64,000 nt of DNA from NCBI GenBank assembly GCA_009842675.1, contig VYEX01000062.1:102295-166294 (forward strand). Reading direction: 5' to 3'. Below are positions 48,480 through 58,758 of the stretch, one piece after another. The notes beneath the pieces were generated by a model. The model saw only the letters and a program-made list of their open reading frames with translations. It made no database searches and was not told the origin of the DNA. Origin of the DNA: Acidimicrobiia bacterium (GTDB lineage Bacteria; Actinomycetota; Acidimicrobiia; Acidimicrobiales; Bin134). Every line of letters begins with the position of its first letter. The stretch's first letter is position 1. Position numbers and translations under genes: made by a program.

Positions 48480-49958
48480 CTACTCGCTGCTGGAGGGAAA
48501 GGCTCTCCGTTGCTGCTCGGCGTAGCGGGCACGAACCTCTCTGCCATCGATTCCAGGCGGGGGTTCCACAAGCGTTCCCAGACCGAGCGGCCAGTCGGCT
48601 GCCACATCGGTCGGATGGCGGCCACTCGCCACCGCGGCGGCCTGCACCGCGGCCCCTAGGGCAACCGTCTCATCGTCGTCAGGCACCATGATCGGCTCGC
48701 TGTGCAGCACTGCCGCTCGCACCCGATAAGCGACCGAGCGAGCACCGCCGCCGATGAGATGCAATCGCCCACTGGATTCCACACCAGCGCTCCGCAAGGC
48801 ATCGAGACCTTCGAACAGCCCGCAGAGCACGCCATCGTGGGCGGCCAGGGCCAGCTCCTCGCGGGTGGTGTCGTTTCGCAGGGCAGCCAATACACCCGTG
48901 GCATCGGGCAGGTCGGGGGTGCGCTCTCCGTCGAAGTAGGGCACCAGCACCGGTGCGGTCGCATTTTCGGGCGCGGCCAGCGCCAGCGCGGCCAGTTCCA
49001 CCGCGTCCACCCCCAGCCAGTGGGACACAGTGTCGGTGACCCGTGTGGCGTTGAGCGTGCACACCAATGGCAAATAGCCACCAGCGGCGTCGGCGAATCC
49101 GGCTACCGCGCCTGTCGGGTCGCTGGTCGGCGTGGTGGAAACGGAATAGGCCGTGCCGGAGGTACCCAGCGAGATCACTGTGTCGCCGGACTTCAACCCG
49201 AGTCCGAGGGCCGCTCCCATGTTGTCGCCGGTACCGGGGCCGACGAGCACTGAGTCGCCCAATCCCAGCGCGGCCGCCGCTTTCGGTGTAATTGGCCCAG
49301 CCGCCTGATCAGACTCGAGCACCCGGGGCAGACGAGGCAGCCAGCCGTTCGGATCGCCCACGGCCAACCCCAGCAGATCTGGGGCAACCTCATTGGCGGC
49401 GGGATCGAACCAACCGGTGCCCGAGGCGTCGCCTCGGTCGGTGACATGAGCGCCTGTCAGCCGCCAAGTGAGCCAGTCATGGGGCAGCATGACTTGAGCG
49501 ATCCGGTCAGCCAGTTCGGGCTCATGCTTGAGCACCCAGGCCAGCTTGGCAATGGTGAACGACGCCAACGGCACCGAACCGCAGCGCCGGGCCCACTGCT
49601 CGCGACCATGGCGGGCTACCAGGTCTCGGGCCTGGGGCGCGGAAGTGGTGTCGTTCCACAGCTTGGCCGGGCGCAGAGCCTCACCGTCCTCGCCTACCAG
49701 CACCAGGCCGTGCTGCTGGCCGGCCACGCTCACTGCCACAACATTGGCCCGGTCGGCATCGGTCAATTGGGCAAAGCAGGCCGACAGCGCTTCCCACCAA
49801 GTTGCCGGATCTTGCTCGCTTACCGGCGGCTCCCAGAGCGAGTGGGTGTGCGGGGCGCTGGTCCGGTCAACCAGCAGACCGGAGTCGAGTTCTCGCAGTT
49901 CTACCTTTGCGGACTGAGTGGAAGAATCCACCCCGGCCACCAATGCACGGCCAACCAT
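48480..49958 (-). CDS. xylB: xylulokinase (FGGY family)
   Basis: 492 aa with VAGVDSSTQS...GTGDN...LIGGGARS. Lies directly downstream of xylA. Confidence 0.85.
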   Translation of the reverse strand: MVGRALVAGVDSSTQSAKVELRELDSGLLVDRTSAPHTHSLWEPPVSEQDPATWWEALSACFAQLTDADRANVVAVSVAGQQHGLVLVGEDGEALRPAKLWNDTTSAPQARDLVARHGREQWARRCGSVPLASFTIAKLAWVLKHEPELADRIAQVMLPHDWLTWRLTGAHVTDRGDASGTGWFDPAANEVAPDLLGLAVGDPNGWLPRLPRVLESDQAAGPITPKAAAALGLGDSVLVGPGTGDNMGAALGLGLKSGDTVISLGTSGTAYSVSTTPTSDPTGAVAGFADAAGGYLPLVCTLNATRVTDTVSHWLGVDAVELAALALAAPENATAPVLVPYFDGERTPDLPDATGVLAALRNDTTREELALAAHDGVLCGLFEGLDALRSAGVESSGRLHLIGGGARSVAYRVRAAVLHSEPIMVPDDDETVALGAAVQAAAVASGRHPTDVAADWPLGLGTLVEPPPGIDGREVRARYAEQQRRAFPSSSE

Positions 49959-50025
49959 CAGGTGCCAATCGCAGCAATGCCCGACATCAGCCTGTCAATC
50001 TAACACTCGGTTACTTGGCGCCTCA

Positions 50026-51363
50026 TCAGTTCGGCGTGGACCAGATGATGCGGTTGACCTCATTTTCCAGTCGTTCCTGGCGCCCCGACACCGGCTGGGG
50101 GTCGAGCCCATCGGCAACCGCCTGATCGGCTAGCGCGGCAAGGTCCACATCACCCTTCAGGATCTCGGCGCCCAGTCCTGAGTCCCAACGGGCATAGCGG
50201 TCGGCCCGGGCCTGCTCGATGGCCCCGTCGGCCAGCATGGCCTCCGCCACCAGCAGAGAGCGGGCCAGTGTGTCGATGCCGCCGATGTGGCCCCAGAACA
50301 GGTCATCTCTGGCCATACTCTGGCGCCTGAGCTTTGTGTCGAAGTTGAATCCGCCGGTGGTGAATCCCCCGCCTCGCAAGATCTCATAGAGAGCCAGCGA
50401 GAGCTCGTCCACCGAGTTGGGGAACTGGTCGGTGTCCCAACCGTTCTGGGGATCGCCTCGGTTGGCGTCCACGCTGCCGAAGATTCCGTTGTCCACCGCA
50501 TAGGCCACCTCGTGGTGGAAGGAATGGCCCGACAAGGTGGCGTGGTTCACCTCGATGTTCACCTTGAACTCGTCGACTAGGTCGTAGCGATCCAAGAACC
50601 CGTGAACCGAGGCACAGTCGTAGTCGTACTGGTGCTTGGTGGGCTCCTGGGGCTTGGGCTCGATGAGCAAAGTGCCGGTGAAGCCGATCTTGTGCTTGTG
50701 CTCGGCCACCATGGTCAGGAAGCGGGCGAGCTGGTCGGCCTCTTGGCGCAGCCGGGTGTTAAGCAGCGTCTCGTAGCCCTCCCGCCCTCCCCACAGCACA
50801 TAGTTGGCCCCGTCTAGGCGGTGGGTGGCCTCCAGCATGTGGCGAACCTGGGCCGCGGCGTGGGTGAACACTTCGGGGTCGGGATTGGTGGCCGCTCCGG
50901 CGGCGTAGCGGGAATGGGAGAACAGGTTGGCCGTGCCCCACAGCAGCCGCACACCGGTGGCCTCCATCTTTTCCGCAGCCCGCTCCACCATGGTGTCGAG
51001 ATTGGCCCGGCTCTCGCTTAGATCTGCGCCTTCCGGGGCCATGTCCACATCGTGGAAGCAGTAAAACGGCGTCCCCAGCTTCTCGAAGAACTCGAACGCG
51101 GCATCCTGCTTGGCCCGGGCGGCGGCCATCGGGTCCTGTCCCGGCTCCAGCCAGGGGCGGTCGAACGTGCCGTGGCCGAATATGTCGCTGCCCGGCCAAT
51201 TGAAGCTGTGCCAGTAGCACACCGCTATCCGCAGGTGGTCCTCCATGCGCCTACCCACGACCTGGCGGTCGGGGTCGTACACCCGGTAGGCCAGTTGGCC
51301 AAGCCCCGCTCGACGGCCGGCAAAGGCCACCGGCTCGGGAACGGTGTCGAAGAAGTCAGTCAT
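50026..51363 (-). CDS. xylA: xylose isomerase
   Basis: 445 aa. Contains [37 protein letters not shown] and NIEVNHATL. Confidence 0.95.
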   Translation of the reverse strand: MTDFFDTVPEPVAFAGRRAGLGQLAYRVYDPDRQVVGRRMEDHLRIAVCYWHSFNWPGSDIFGHGTFDRPWLEPGQDPMAAARAKQDAAFEFFEKLGTPFYCFHDVDMAPEGADLSESRANLDTMVERAAEKMEATGVRLLWGTANLFSHSRYAAGAATNPDPEVFTHAAAQVRHMLEATHRLDGANYVLWGGREGYETLLNTRLRQEADQLARFLTMVAEHKHKIGFTGTLLIEPKPQEPTKHQYDYDCASVHGFLDRYDLVDEFKVNIEVNHATLSGHSFHHEVAYAVDNGIFGSVDANRGDPQNGWDTDQFPNSVDELSLALYEILRGGGFTTGGFNFDTKLRRQSMARDDLFWGHIGGIDTLARSLLVAEAMLADGAIEQARADRYARWDSGLGAEILKGDVDLAALADQAVADGLDPQPVSGRQERLENEVNRIIWSTPN

Positions 51364-51499
51364 AGTGAGCCTCCGTCATAGCGCCGTCGCTGCCATCGCC
51401 GAGTCTAAAGATTGCCTCTTGCAGCCGCCCGATCACCGGCTGATTGTCCGTGTACGCTTACGGGGTTGACATCACGTATCAAGCATGAGAGGCGGGTCC

Positions 51500-53197
51500 A
51501 TGTCTTTTCCTTCTGACCTTGAGATCGCCCGCGGGGCGAACCTCCGACCACTAACCGAAATCGCCGAAGAAGCCGGCATCCCGGTCGAGATGCTGGAGCC
51601 CTACGGGGCAGGGGCGGCCAAGATCAGCCTGGATGCGATTGAGGCTCTGTCTGATCGGCCCCGAGCCCGCTACGTGGTGGTGACCGCCATCACCCCAACG
51701 CCATTGGGCGAGGGCAAAACCACCACCACCGTGGGGCTGGGTCAAGGATTCGGGCACATCAACAAGAAGGCGACCATCGCCATCCGCCAGCCCTCACTGG
51801 GGCCGACGTTCGGCATCAAGGGCGGTGCCGCCGGCGGCGGCTACAGCCAGGTGGTGCCCATGGAGCTGTTCAACCTCCACCTCACCGGTGACATGCACGC
51901 GGTGACCGCGGCCCACAACATGTGCTCGGCCATGCTGGATGCCCACATCTACCACGGCAACGAATCAGGCCTGGATCTGCACAACATCACCTGGCGCCGG
52001 GTGGTGGACATCAACGACCGGGCGCTGCGCAACATCGTGCTCGGTCTGGGCGGTCGGCTCGACGGTATCCCTCGGGAGAGCGGATTCGACATCACCGCGG
52101 CATCGGAGGTGATGGCCACCCTGGCGCTGGCTACATCTCTATCCGACTTGCGGGCCCGTTTGGGACGCACCGTGGTGGGCTATACCAAAGCTGGCGATCC
52201 GGTGACCGCGGAGGACTTGAAGGCCGCCGGGGCCATGGCCGTTTTGCTGAAGGACGCCCTCAAGCCCAACCTCATGCAAACCCTGGAGGGTGGCCCCGCC
52301 CTGGTGCACACCGGGCCGTTCGGCAACATCGCCACCGGCAACTCCTCCATCGTGGCCGACCGAATCGCCATCCACACCGGCGACTTCTTGGTAACCGAGG
52401 CCGGATTCGGCGCCGACATGGGGGCTGAGCGCTTCTTCAACATCAAGTGCCGCTACTCGGGCTTGGCCCCCGACGCCGCGGTGATGGTGGCCACCGTGCG
52501 GGGGCTGAAGGCCCATTCCGGCAACCACCGCATTGTCGCCGGGCGTCCCCTGCCAGAGGCGCTGCTGGCCGAGAACCCCGACGAGGTGCACGCTGGAGGA
52601 GACAACCTCCGCAAGCAGCTCTCCAACATGAAGGCTCACGGGGTGACCCCGGTGGTGGCCATCAACGCCTTCCCCGGCGACCACGATGCCGACTTGGCCG
52701 CCATCGGCGAGATCGCCGACGAGTACGGCGCCCGCTGTGCGATCACCACCCACTTCTCCGACGGCGGCGCGGGGGCGGCCCAGTTGGCCGAGGCGGTGGC
52801 CGAGGCCTGCGAGGAGCCCAGCTCGTTCAAGGTGCTGTACGAGGATGATCTGTCGCTCAAGGACAAGATCGCCGCGGTAGCCACCACGGTGTATGGCGCC
52901 GACGACGTGGAGTATTCAGCCACGGCCAACCGCCAGCTCGACACCTACGAGAATGCCGGTTTCGGCCACCTCCCGGTGTGCATAGCCAAGACCCACTTGT
53001 CCATCTCGTCCGACCCCTCCCTCAAGGGCGCTCCTACAGGCTGGACCCTGCCGGTGCGGGAGGTGCGGGCCTCGGTGGGCGCAGGGTTCGTCTACCCCAT
53101 CTGCGGCGATATGCGCACCATGCCCGGCCTCGGCCGCCAACCCGCCGCCATGGGCATCGACCTCGACGAGAACGGAGAAATCGTCGGCCTGAGCTAG
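51500..53197 (+). CDS. fhs: formate--tetrahydrofolate ligase
   Basis: Contains SDLEIA...VTAITPTPLGEGKTTTTVGL...GPTFGIKGGAAGGGY... Start taken at MSFPSD. Confidence 0.95.
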   Translation: MSFPSDLEIARGANLRPLTEIAEEAGIPVEMLEPYGAGAAKISLDAIEALSDRPRARYVVVTAITPTPLGEGKTTTTVGLGQGFGHINKKATIAIRQPSLGPTFGIKGGAAGGGYSQVVPMELFNLHLTGDMHAVTAAHNMCSAMLDAHIYHGNESGLDLHNITWRRVVDINDRALRNIVLGLGGRLDGIPRESGFDITAASEVMATLALATSLSDLRARLGRTVVGYTKAGDPVTAEDLKAAGAMAVLLKDALKPNLMQTLEGGPALVHTGPFGNIATGNSSIVADRIAIHTGDFLVTEAGFGADMGAERFFNIKCRYSGLAPDAAVMVATVRGLKAHSGNHRIVAGRPLPEALLAENPDEVHAGGDNLRKQLSNMKAHGVTPVVAINAFPGDHDADLAAIGEIADEYGARCAITTHFSDGGAGAAQLAEAVAEACEEPSSFKVLYEDDLSLKDKIAAVATTVYGADDVEYSATANRQLDTYENAGFGHLPVCIAKTHLSISSDPSLKGAPTGWTLPVREVRASVGAGFVYPICGDMRTMPGLGRQPAAMGIDLDENGEIVGLS

Positions 53198-53262
53198 CAA
53201 GGGTCGAGGCCGTGCGGGACAGATAGGCTTAATCGACCTCAGGGTGCCTCTGGGGGAAAGGG

Positions 53263-55188
53263 GTGTTTATGGCGAGGCGGGAACGTTTGACCGTGCCGAT
53301 GGTGCGGGACAACGGGAGCCTGCGAGAAGCGACGTGGGACGAGGCCCTGTCACGGGCCGCGACCGGGTTCAACCAGGTGCTCGAACAGCATGGACCACAG
53401 GCGTTCGGGATGTTCAGCTGCTCCAAGGCCACCAACGAGATGAACTACATCGCCCAGAAGTTCATCCGCACGGTGGTGGGCTCCAACAACATCGACTCCT
53501 GCAACCGAACTTGACACGCTCCTTCGGTCGTCGGTCTGGCGACAGTGTTCGGAGCGGGAGGGGGCACGAGCTCCTATCAGGAGATTGAGGAGGCCGACCT
53601 GATCCTCCTGTGGGGGTCCAACGCCCGCGAGGCCCATCCCATCTTCTTCCATCACCTGCTAAAGGGCATCGACAACGGTGCCCGCATGTACTGCGTCGAC
53701 CCCCGCTACACCTCCTCGGCCCAATTCTCCGACGTGTGGGTGGGCATCGACGTGGGCACCGACATCGCCCTAGCCAACGGCATCGGCCGGGAGATCATCT
53801 ACGCCGGTTTGGCCAACCAAGACTTCATCGACCACTCCACCCAGGGATTCGAGGCCTACGCCGCCTCTGTGGAGCCGTTCACCCCCGACGCGGTGGCCGA
53901 CATCTGCGGCATCCCCGCCGAGGTGGTGGTGGAGATGGCCCACGCCTACGCCACCGCTGATACCGCTCAAATCTTGTGGACCCTGGGCATCACCGAGCAC
54001 CACAACGCGGTGGACAATGTGCTGTCACTGTGCAATCTGGCTCTGCTCACCGGCCATGTGGGTCGGTGGGGGTCGGGGCTGGTGCCACTGCGGGGTCAGA
54101 ACAACGTGCAGGGCGGCGGCGACATGGGGGCCATCCCCAACAAATTTCCCGGATTCGCCAGCGTGGACGACCCCGACCATCGGGGCCGTTTCGAGGCCGC
54201 CTACGGTCGGGAGCTCAACCCGGTGCCCGGTTGGCACCTCACGCTGATGTTCGAAGCCATGGAGCGGGGCGACCTGAGGGCGCTGTATGTGATCGGCGAG
54301 AACCCCGCCGATTCCGAGGCCGATGTGGCTCACGCCCGGGCCCAAATGGAAGGCCTGGACATCTTGGTGGTGCAGGACATTCTGATGACCCGCACCGCGG
54401 AGATGGCCGACGTGGTGCTGCCCGCATCGGTGGCCTGGGCAGAGAGCGACGGCACCGTGACCTCCAGCGAGCGCAGGGTGCAGCGAGTGCGGCCTGCGGT
54501 TTCGCCCCCCGGCCAGGCTCGTCACGACATCGACATCTTGTGCGATATGGCCGTGGCCATGGGCGCCGAACTCGGTCCTCGCGACCCGGAGGCCGCCTGG
54601 GACGAGCTGCGCTCTCTGTCGGCTATGCACGGGGGCATGGCCTGGGAGCGCTTGGAAGCTGCTGGCGGTTTGCAATGGCCATGTCCCGACGAGGACCACC
54701 CCGGCAGTGTTTTCCTCCACGGCTGGCTGTGGGCTGACGATCTGGAGGGCCGCGACCCGGCTCCGTTCTCGGTGCTGGAACACGAGGGGCCGACTGAAGA
54801 ATTGAGCGAGGAGTTTCCCCTGCGGCTCACCACCGGGCGGGCGCTGGACTCCTACAACACCGGGGTGCAGAGCGGGAACTACGACTCGCCGCTGCGGTTT
54901 GCCGGGTTGGATCTCAATCCGACCGATGCCGCCGACTTGGGCATTGCCGACGGTGACCGGGTGCGAGTGTCCTCCCCACGGGGTTCAGTGGAGATGAATG
55001 TCCGGCTGGTATCGAGCCTGCCGACAGGGTTGGCCTTCACCACTTTGCACCACCCTGAGTTGATCGACGTGAACGTGCTCACCAACCCCGACTGGGACCC
55101 GAAATCCGGCACCGCCGAGTTCAAGGCGGCAGCGGTGCGGGTTGAGCTGGTCGATGCCCCCGAGACCGCGGGGGCCACCGTTGGCTGA
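53263..55188 (+). CDS. fdhA: formate dehydrogenase catalytic (Mo/W-bis-PGD) subunit, selenocysteine at 53512-53514; lacks the usual N-terminal Fe-S domains
   Basis: ORFs 53263..53514 and 53545..55188 are in frame across a TGA. The context NNIDSCNRT-U-HAPSVVGLATVFG parallels E. coli FdhF NNVDCCARV-U-HGPSV. Downstream MopB motifs and a C-terminal molybdopterin dinucleotide-binding domain are present. Confidence 0.88.
53527..53543 (+). promoter_or_regulatory. bacterial SECIS apical hairpin of fdhA
   Basis: GUCGUC-GGUCU-GGCGAC puts the loop G and U at nt 23-24 from the UGA, with the same GGUCU loop sequence as the E. coli fdhF SECIS. A possible lower stem pairs GCUCC (53518) with GGAGC (53551). 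Confidence 0.7.
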
Positions 55189-56932
55189 CCTCCACTTCGG
55201 CGACGATCAGCCCACTGAAGCCGAGTTGGCCGCCATCGACGCCATCGTCTCCCCAGCCGATGCCGCCACTGTCACCGAGACTGAACGGGTCGTGCGCGGA
55301 GGTCGCATCCGGCGCCAGGGACTGCGCCATTTGCTCCTGCCGGTGTTGCATTCGCTTCAGCATGAAATCGGCTGGATCAGCCCTGGTGGTTTGAACGGCG
55401 CCGCCAAGCGGCTGGGGGTGCCGCCCGCCGAGGCCTATGGCGTGGCCACGTTCTATGAACTGCTGCGCACGACCGACCCCGGACACACCAATGACGCGGT
55501 CCACGTGTGCGTCGACCCGTCGTGTGCTCTGGCCGGCAACGAAGAGCTGCGGGAGTCGCTGGAGGCCAGCGGCGCCAAGGTCCACAACAGCCCGTGCCTC
55601 GGTCAGTGCGAACGCGCCCCTGCGCTGTTTGTCCAGGGAGTAGGGCGACCCGACCGGGTGCCGGCTGACGATGACGAGGACTTCCGTTTGCCCCAAGCGG
55701 GCGACCCAGGACTGCGGGTGCTCAGCCGGGTTGGGGTGGTGGATTCAACCTCTTTGGACTCCTACCGGGAACATGGTGGCTATCAGGCGTTGGCTTCTGC
55801 CATCGAAATGGGGCCTGATGCGGTGATCTCAGCCATCTCCGACTCCGGCCTGTCGGGGCGGGGTGGGGCGGCGTTTCCCACTGGCATCAAGTGGCGGGCT
55901 GTCGCCGACGAACCCGGTCCGGACAAGCACGTGGTGGCCAACTGCGACGAGTCGGAACCCGGCACCTTCAAAGACAGGATCTTGTGCGAACACGACCCTT
56001 TCGCGGTCATCGAGTCAATGACAATCGCTGGGCTGGCTACTGGGTCTCCCCACGGGTGGATCTACATCCGAGGCGAATACCCCCGAGCTACCGCCCGACT
56101 AGAGGGAGCCATCGCCCAAGCCCGGGCCGCGGGCCTGTTGGGAGACGACGTGGCCGGCAGTGGTCAGCGATTCGACATCGAGCTTCGCCGAGGGGCAGGG
56201 GCCTACATCTGCGGTGAGGAGACGGCGCTCTTCAATTCCATCGAGGGCTTCCGGGGCGAGCCCCGCAACAAGCCCCCCTTCCCCACCACGCATGGTCTGT
56301 TCAACCAGCCCACCGCCATCAACAATCCCGAGACCCTGATCAACGTTCTCGACATCGTGACCAACGGCCCCGACGCCTACCGCTCGGTGGGCACCGAGCG
56401 CTCCCCCGGCACCCGGCTGTTCTGCCTGTCGGGCCGAATAGGAGTGCCCGGCCTCTACGAAGTGCCGTTCGGCACCACGCTGGGCGAGTTGATTGAGCTG
56501 GCCGGAGGGTCGGTCGGCTCGCTGGCCGCGGTATTGCTGGGGGGCGCGGCCGGAGTGTTTGTCGGTTCTGACGCCCTGGATATGCCCCTTACCTTGGAGG
56601 ATGCCCGGGAGGCCGGGGCCACCCTGGGTTCAGGCGTGGTCACCGTGTTCGACGACACCGTGGACATGGAGGCGGTGGTCGTCCGCATCGCCGAATTCTT
56701 CCGGGACGAGTCGTGCGGCCAGTGTGTGCCCTGCCGGGTCGGCACCCAGCGCCAGCACGAGGTGCTCGTGGAGCTGCAAGGCTCCGGGCAGGCGCTCACC
56801 CCCCAGCGAGCCGAGCTGATCGACGACATGGCCCTGGCCATGGTGGATGCCTCCATCTGCGGTCTCGGGCACACCGCGGCCTCCGCGGTGCGCTCCGCGA
56901 TCGACCTGGGCCTGATAGGAAATAGCTCGTGA
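55154..56932 (+). CDS. NAD-dependent formate dehydrogenase diaphorase subunit, NuoE-like/NuoF-like fusion
   Basis: The N-terminal 2Fe-2S thioredoxin-like part has CVDPSC...CLGQC. The NuoF core has GRGGAAFPTG.KW, NCDESEPGTFKDR and ESCGQCVPCR. The start is ambiguous among TTG 55142, ATG 55154 and TTG 55181. Confidence 0.88.
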   Translation: MPPRPRGPPLADLHFGDDQPTEAELAAIDAIVSPADAATVTETERVVRGGRIRRQGLRHLLLPVLHSLQHEIGWISPGGLNGAAKRLGVPPAEAYGVATFYELLRTTDPGHTNDAVHVCVDPSCALAGNEELRESLEASGAKVHNSPCLGQCERAPALFVQGVGRPDRVPADDDEDFRLPQAGDPGLRVLSRVGVVDSTSLDSYREHGGYQALASAIEMGPDAVISAISDSGLSGRGGAAFPTGIKWRAVADEPGPDKHVVANCDESEPGTFKDRILCEHDPFAVIESMTIAGLATGSPHGWIYIRGEYPRATARLEGAIAQARAAGLLGDDVAGSGQRFDIELRRGAGAYICGEETALFNSIEGFRGEPRNKPPFPTTHGLFNQPTAINNPETLINVLDIVTNGPDAYRSVGTERSPGTRLFCLSGRIGVPGLYEVPFGTTLGELIELAGGSVGSLAAVLLGGAAGVFVGSDALDMPLTLEDAREAGATLGSGVVTVFDDTVDMEAVVVRIAEFFRDESCGQCVPCRVGTQRQHEVLVELQGSGQALTPQRAELIDDMALAMVDASICGLGHTAASAVRSAIDLGLIGNSS

Positions 56933-57768
56933 GCCCTGCTGTCACCGAGACTGCGGTCACCATCCGGGTCGACGGCCAAGAAGTGGCCGTGCCCGAAGGA
57001 GCCACCATCCTGGATGCCTGCGACGCCGCGGGCATCGATACCCCCACCATCTGCTACGGCCCCACCCTCACCCCGGTAAACGTGTGCCGGGTGTGCGTCG
57101 TGGAGCTGGACGGCAGCCGGGCCCTGGTCCCCTCCTGCTCCCGCCCTGCCGAGGAGGGCATGGTGGTCCACACCGACAGCGAGCGGGTCCGCCACAGCCG
57201 CAAGATGGTCATTGAATTCTTGGCCACCGGTGTCGACGTGTCCCAGGCCAATGAGCTGGGCCAGTGGGCCGAGCACTACGGGGCCGACCCTCACCGCCAC
57301 GTCCCCGGCGGCGAGACCATGAACGAGCCGGTGCGGGTACAGGACAACCTCTACATCCGGGACTACGACAAGTGCGTGCTGTGCTACCGCTGCGTAGAGG
57401 CCTGCGGCGACGACGCCCAGCACACCTACGCCATCTCGGTGGCCGGCCGGGGCTTCGGCGCCCGCATCTCCACCGAGTTCGACGTGACCCTCCCCGACTC
57501 GGCCTGCGTGTACTGCGGCAACTGCGTGGCGGTCTGCCCCACCAACGCCCTCCAGTTCAAGACCGAGTTCGACCTCCGTGAGGAGGGCGACTGGCGCCCC
57601 GAGGACCAAACCGTGACCCAAACCGTGTGCTCCTACTGCGGCGTGGGCTGCAACCTCGAACTCCACGTGCAGGACAACCAGATCGTCAAATGCACCTCCC
57701 CCGACGACCACGACGTCACCCGAGGCAACCTCTGCATCAAAGGCCGCTTCGGCTGGAACTACGTGTGA
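56929..57768 (+). CDS. NuoG-like Fe-S module of formate dehydrogenase alpha (2Fe-2S, 4Fe-4S ferredoxin clusters and the MopB-type 4Fe-4S domain) as a separate ORF
   Basis: Contains ICYGP...CRVCVV..., CVLCYRCVEAC, CVYCGNCVAVCP and then CSYCGVGCNLELHV...GNLCIKGRFG immediately before the stop. The GTGA overlap links it to the preceding gene. Confidence 0.85.
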   Translation: MSPAVTETAVTIRVDGQEVAVPEGATILDACDAAGIDTPTICYGPTLTPVNVCRVCVVELDGSRALVPSCSRPAEEGMVVHTDSERVRHSRKMVIEFLATGVDVSQANELGQWAEHYGADPHRHVPGGETMNEPVRVQDNLYIRDYDKCVLCYRCVEACGDDAQHTYAISVAGRGFGARISTEFDVTLPDSACVYCGNCVAVCPTNALQFKTEFDLREEGDWRPEDQTVTQTVCSYCGVGCNLELHVQDNQIVKCTSPDDHDVTRGNLCIKGRFGWNYV

Positions 57769-57837
57769 TGCTCTCCCCTCCCGAAGCGGATTGGGAGCGT
57801 CCTTCGACCACCAATCATCACAACTAAGTTGGGGGCG

Positions 57838-58695
57838 ATGACTGCTATCAAACTCGACGGCGAAATGCTGTCAGCTGAAATCAAAGAGGGCCTGCGCGAG
57901 CGGATCGCCGCGCTGGCCGAGAAGGGCGTGACCCCGGGGTTGGGCACGCTGTTGGTGGGCGACGACGGGCCGTCGGCCAACTATGTGGCCATGAAGCACC
58001 GCGACAGCGAGGAGCTGGGAATGGGTTCTCGGGAGGTCCACCTCCCTGCTGATGCGTCCCAGGAAGAGGTCGACGCCGTGGTGGACGACTTCAACGCCGA
58101 TCCGGCGGTGGACGCCTACATCATGCAGTACCCCTTCCCAGACCATCTTGACTACGAGACAGCCTTGTTGCGGGTGCTGCCTGAGAAGGATGCCGATGGG
58201 CTCCATCCGGTGAACCTGGGACGGTTGGTGCAGGGGGTGGACGCACCTCTGGCCTGCACTCCTCGGGGCATCCAGTTGATGCTGGAGCGCTACGAGATCC
58301 CAATCGCCGGCCAGCACGTGGTGATCATCGGGCGGGGGCTTACCATCGGCCGGCCGTTGGCCAACTTGTTGTCGCTGAAGCGGCCCAACGCCAACGCCGC
58401 AGTCACCGTGGTCCACACCGGGGCGGGCGACATCTCCCGCTATACCAAGAACGCCGACATCCTCATTGCCGCGGCCGGGGCGCCCCGCATGGTGAAGGCC
58501 GACATGGTCAAGCCCGGCGCAGCGGTGGTGGCCGCCGGGGTGAGCTTTGCCGACGGAAAGTTGGTGTCGGATGTGGACGACGACGTGGCAGAGGTAGCGG
58601 GCTGGCTTTCGCCGCGAATCGGCGGCGTGGGGCCGATGACCCGTACCATGCTTATGGCCAACACCGTGGCCGCCGCCGAACGGGCCGTGGGCTGA
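57838..58695 (+). CDS. folD: bifunctional methylenetetrahydrofolate dehydrogenase/methenyltetrahydrofolate cyclohydrolase
   Basis: Contains LVGDDGPSANYVAMK...DADGLHPVNLGRL...CTPRG...VVIIGRG..IGRPLA...GGVGPMT. Confidence 0.93.
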   Translation: MTAIKLDGEMLSAEIKEGLRERIAALAEKGVTPGLGTLLVGDDGPSANYVAMKHRDSEELGMGSREVHLPADASQEEVDAVVDDFNADPAVDAYIMQYPFPDHLDYETALLRVLPEKDADGLHPVNLGRLVQGVDAPLACTPRGIQLMLERYEIPIAGQHVVIIGRGLTIGRPLANLLSLKRPNANAAVTVVHTGAGDISRYTKNADILIAAAGAPRMVKADMVKPGAAVVAAGVSFADGKLVSDVDDDVAEVAGWLSPRIGGVGPMTRTMLMANTVAAAERAVG

Positions 58696-58758
58696 AAACC
58701 CCGGCTCGCCGAAGGACAACCAACAACCACACCAGACAAGCATCCAGAGGACTTAGCC

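Noticed and set aside
51465-51470. TTGACA upstream of fhs as a -35 promoter element.
   Set aside because: There is no acceptable -10 hexamer at 16-19 nt spacing, and it lies only about 30 nt from the start codon. This is not enough to call a promoter.
53263-53514. An 83-aa stand-alone ORF or an fdhA pseudogene fragment.
   Set aside because: It is in frame with the 547-aa ORF across a single TGA at the known Sec position, and a canonical SECIS hairpin follows. It is one selenoprotein gene.
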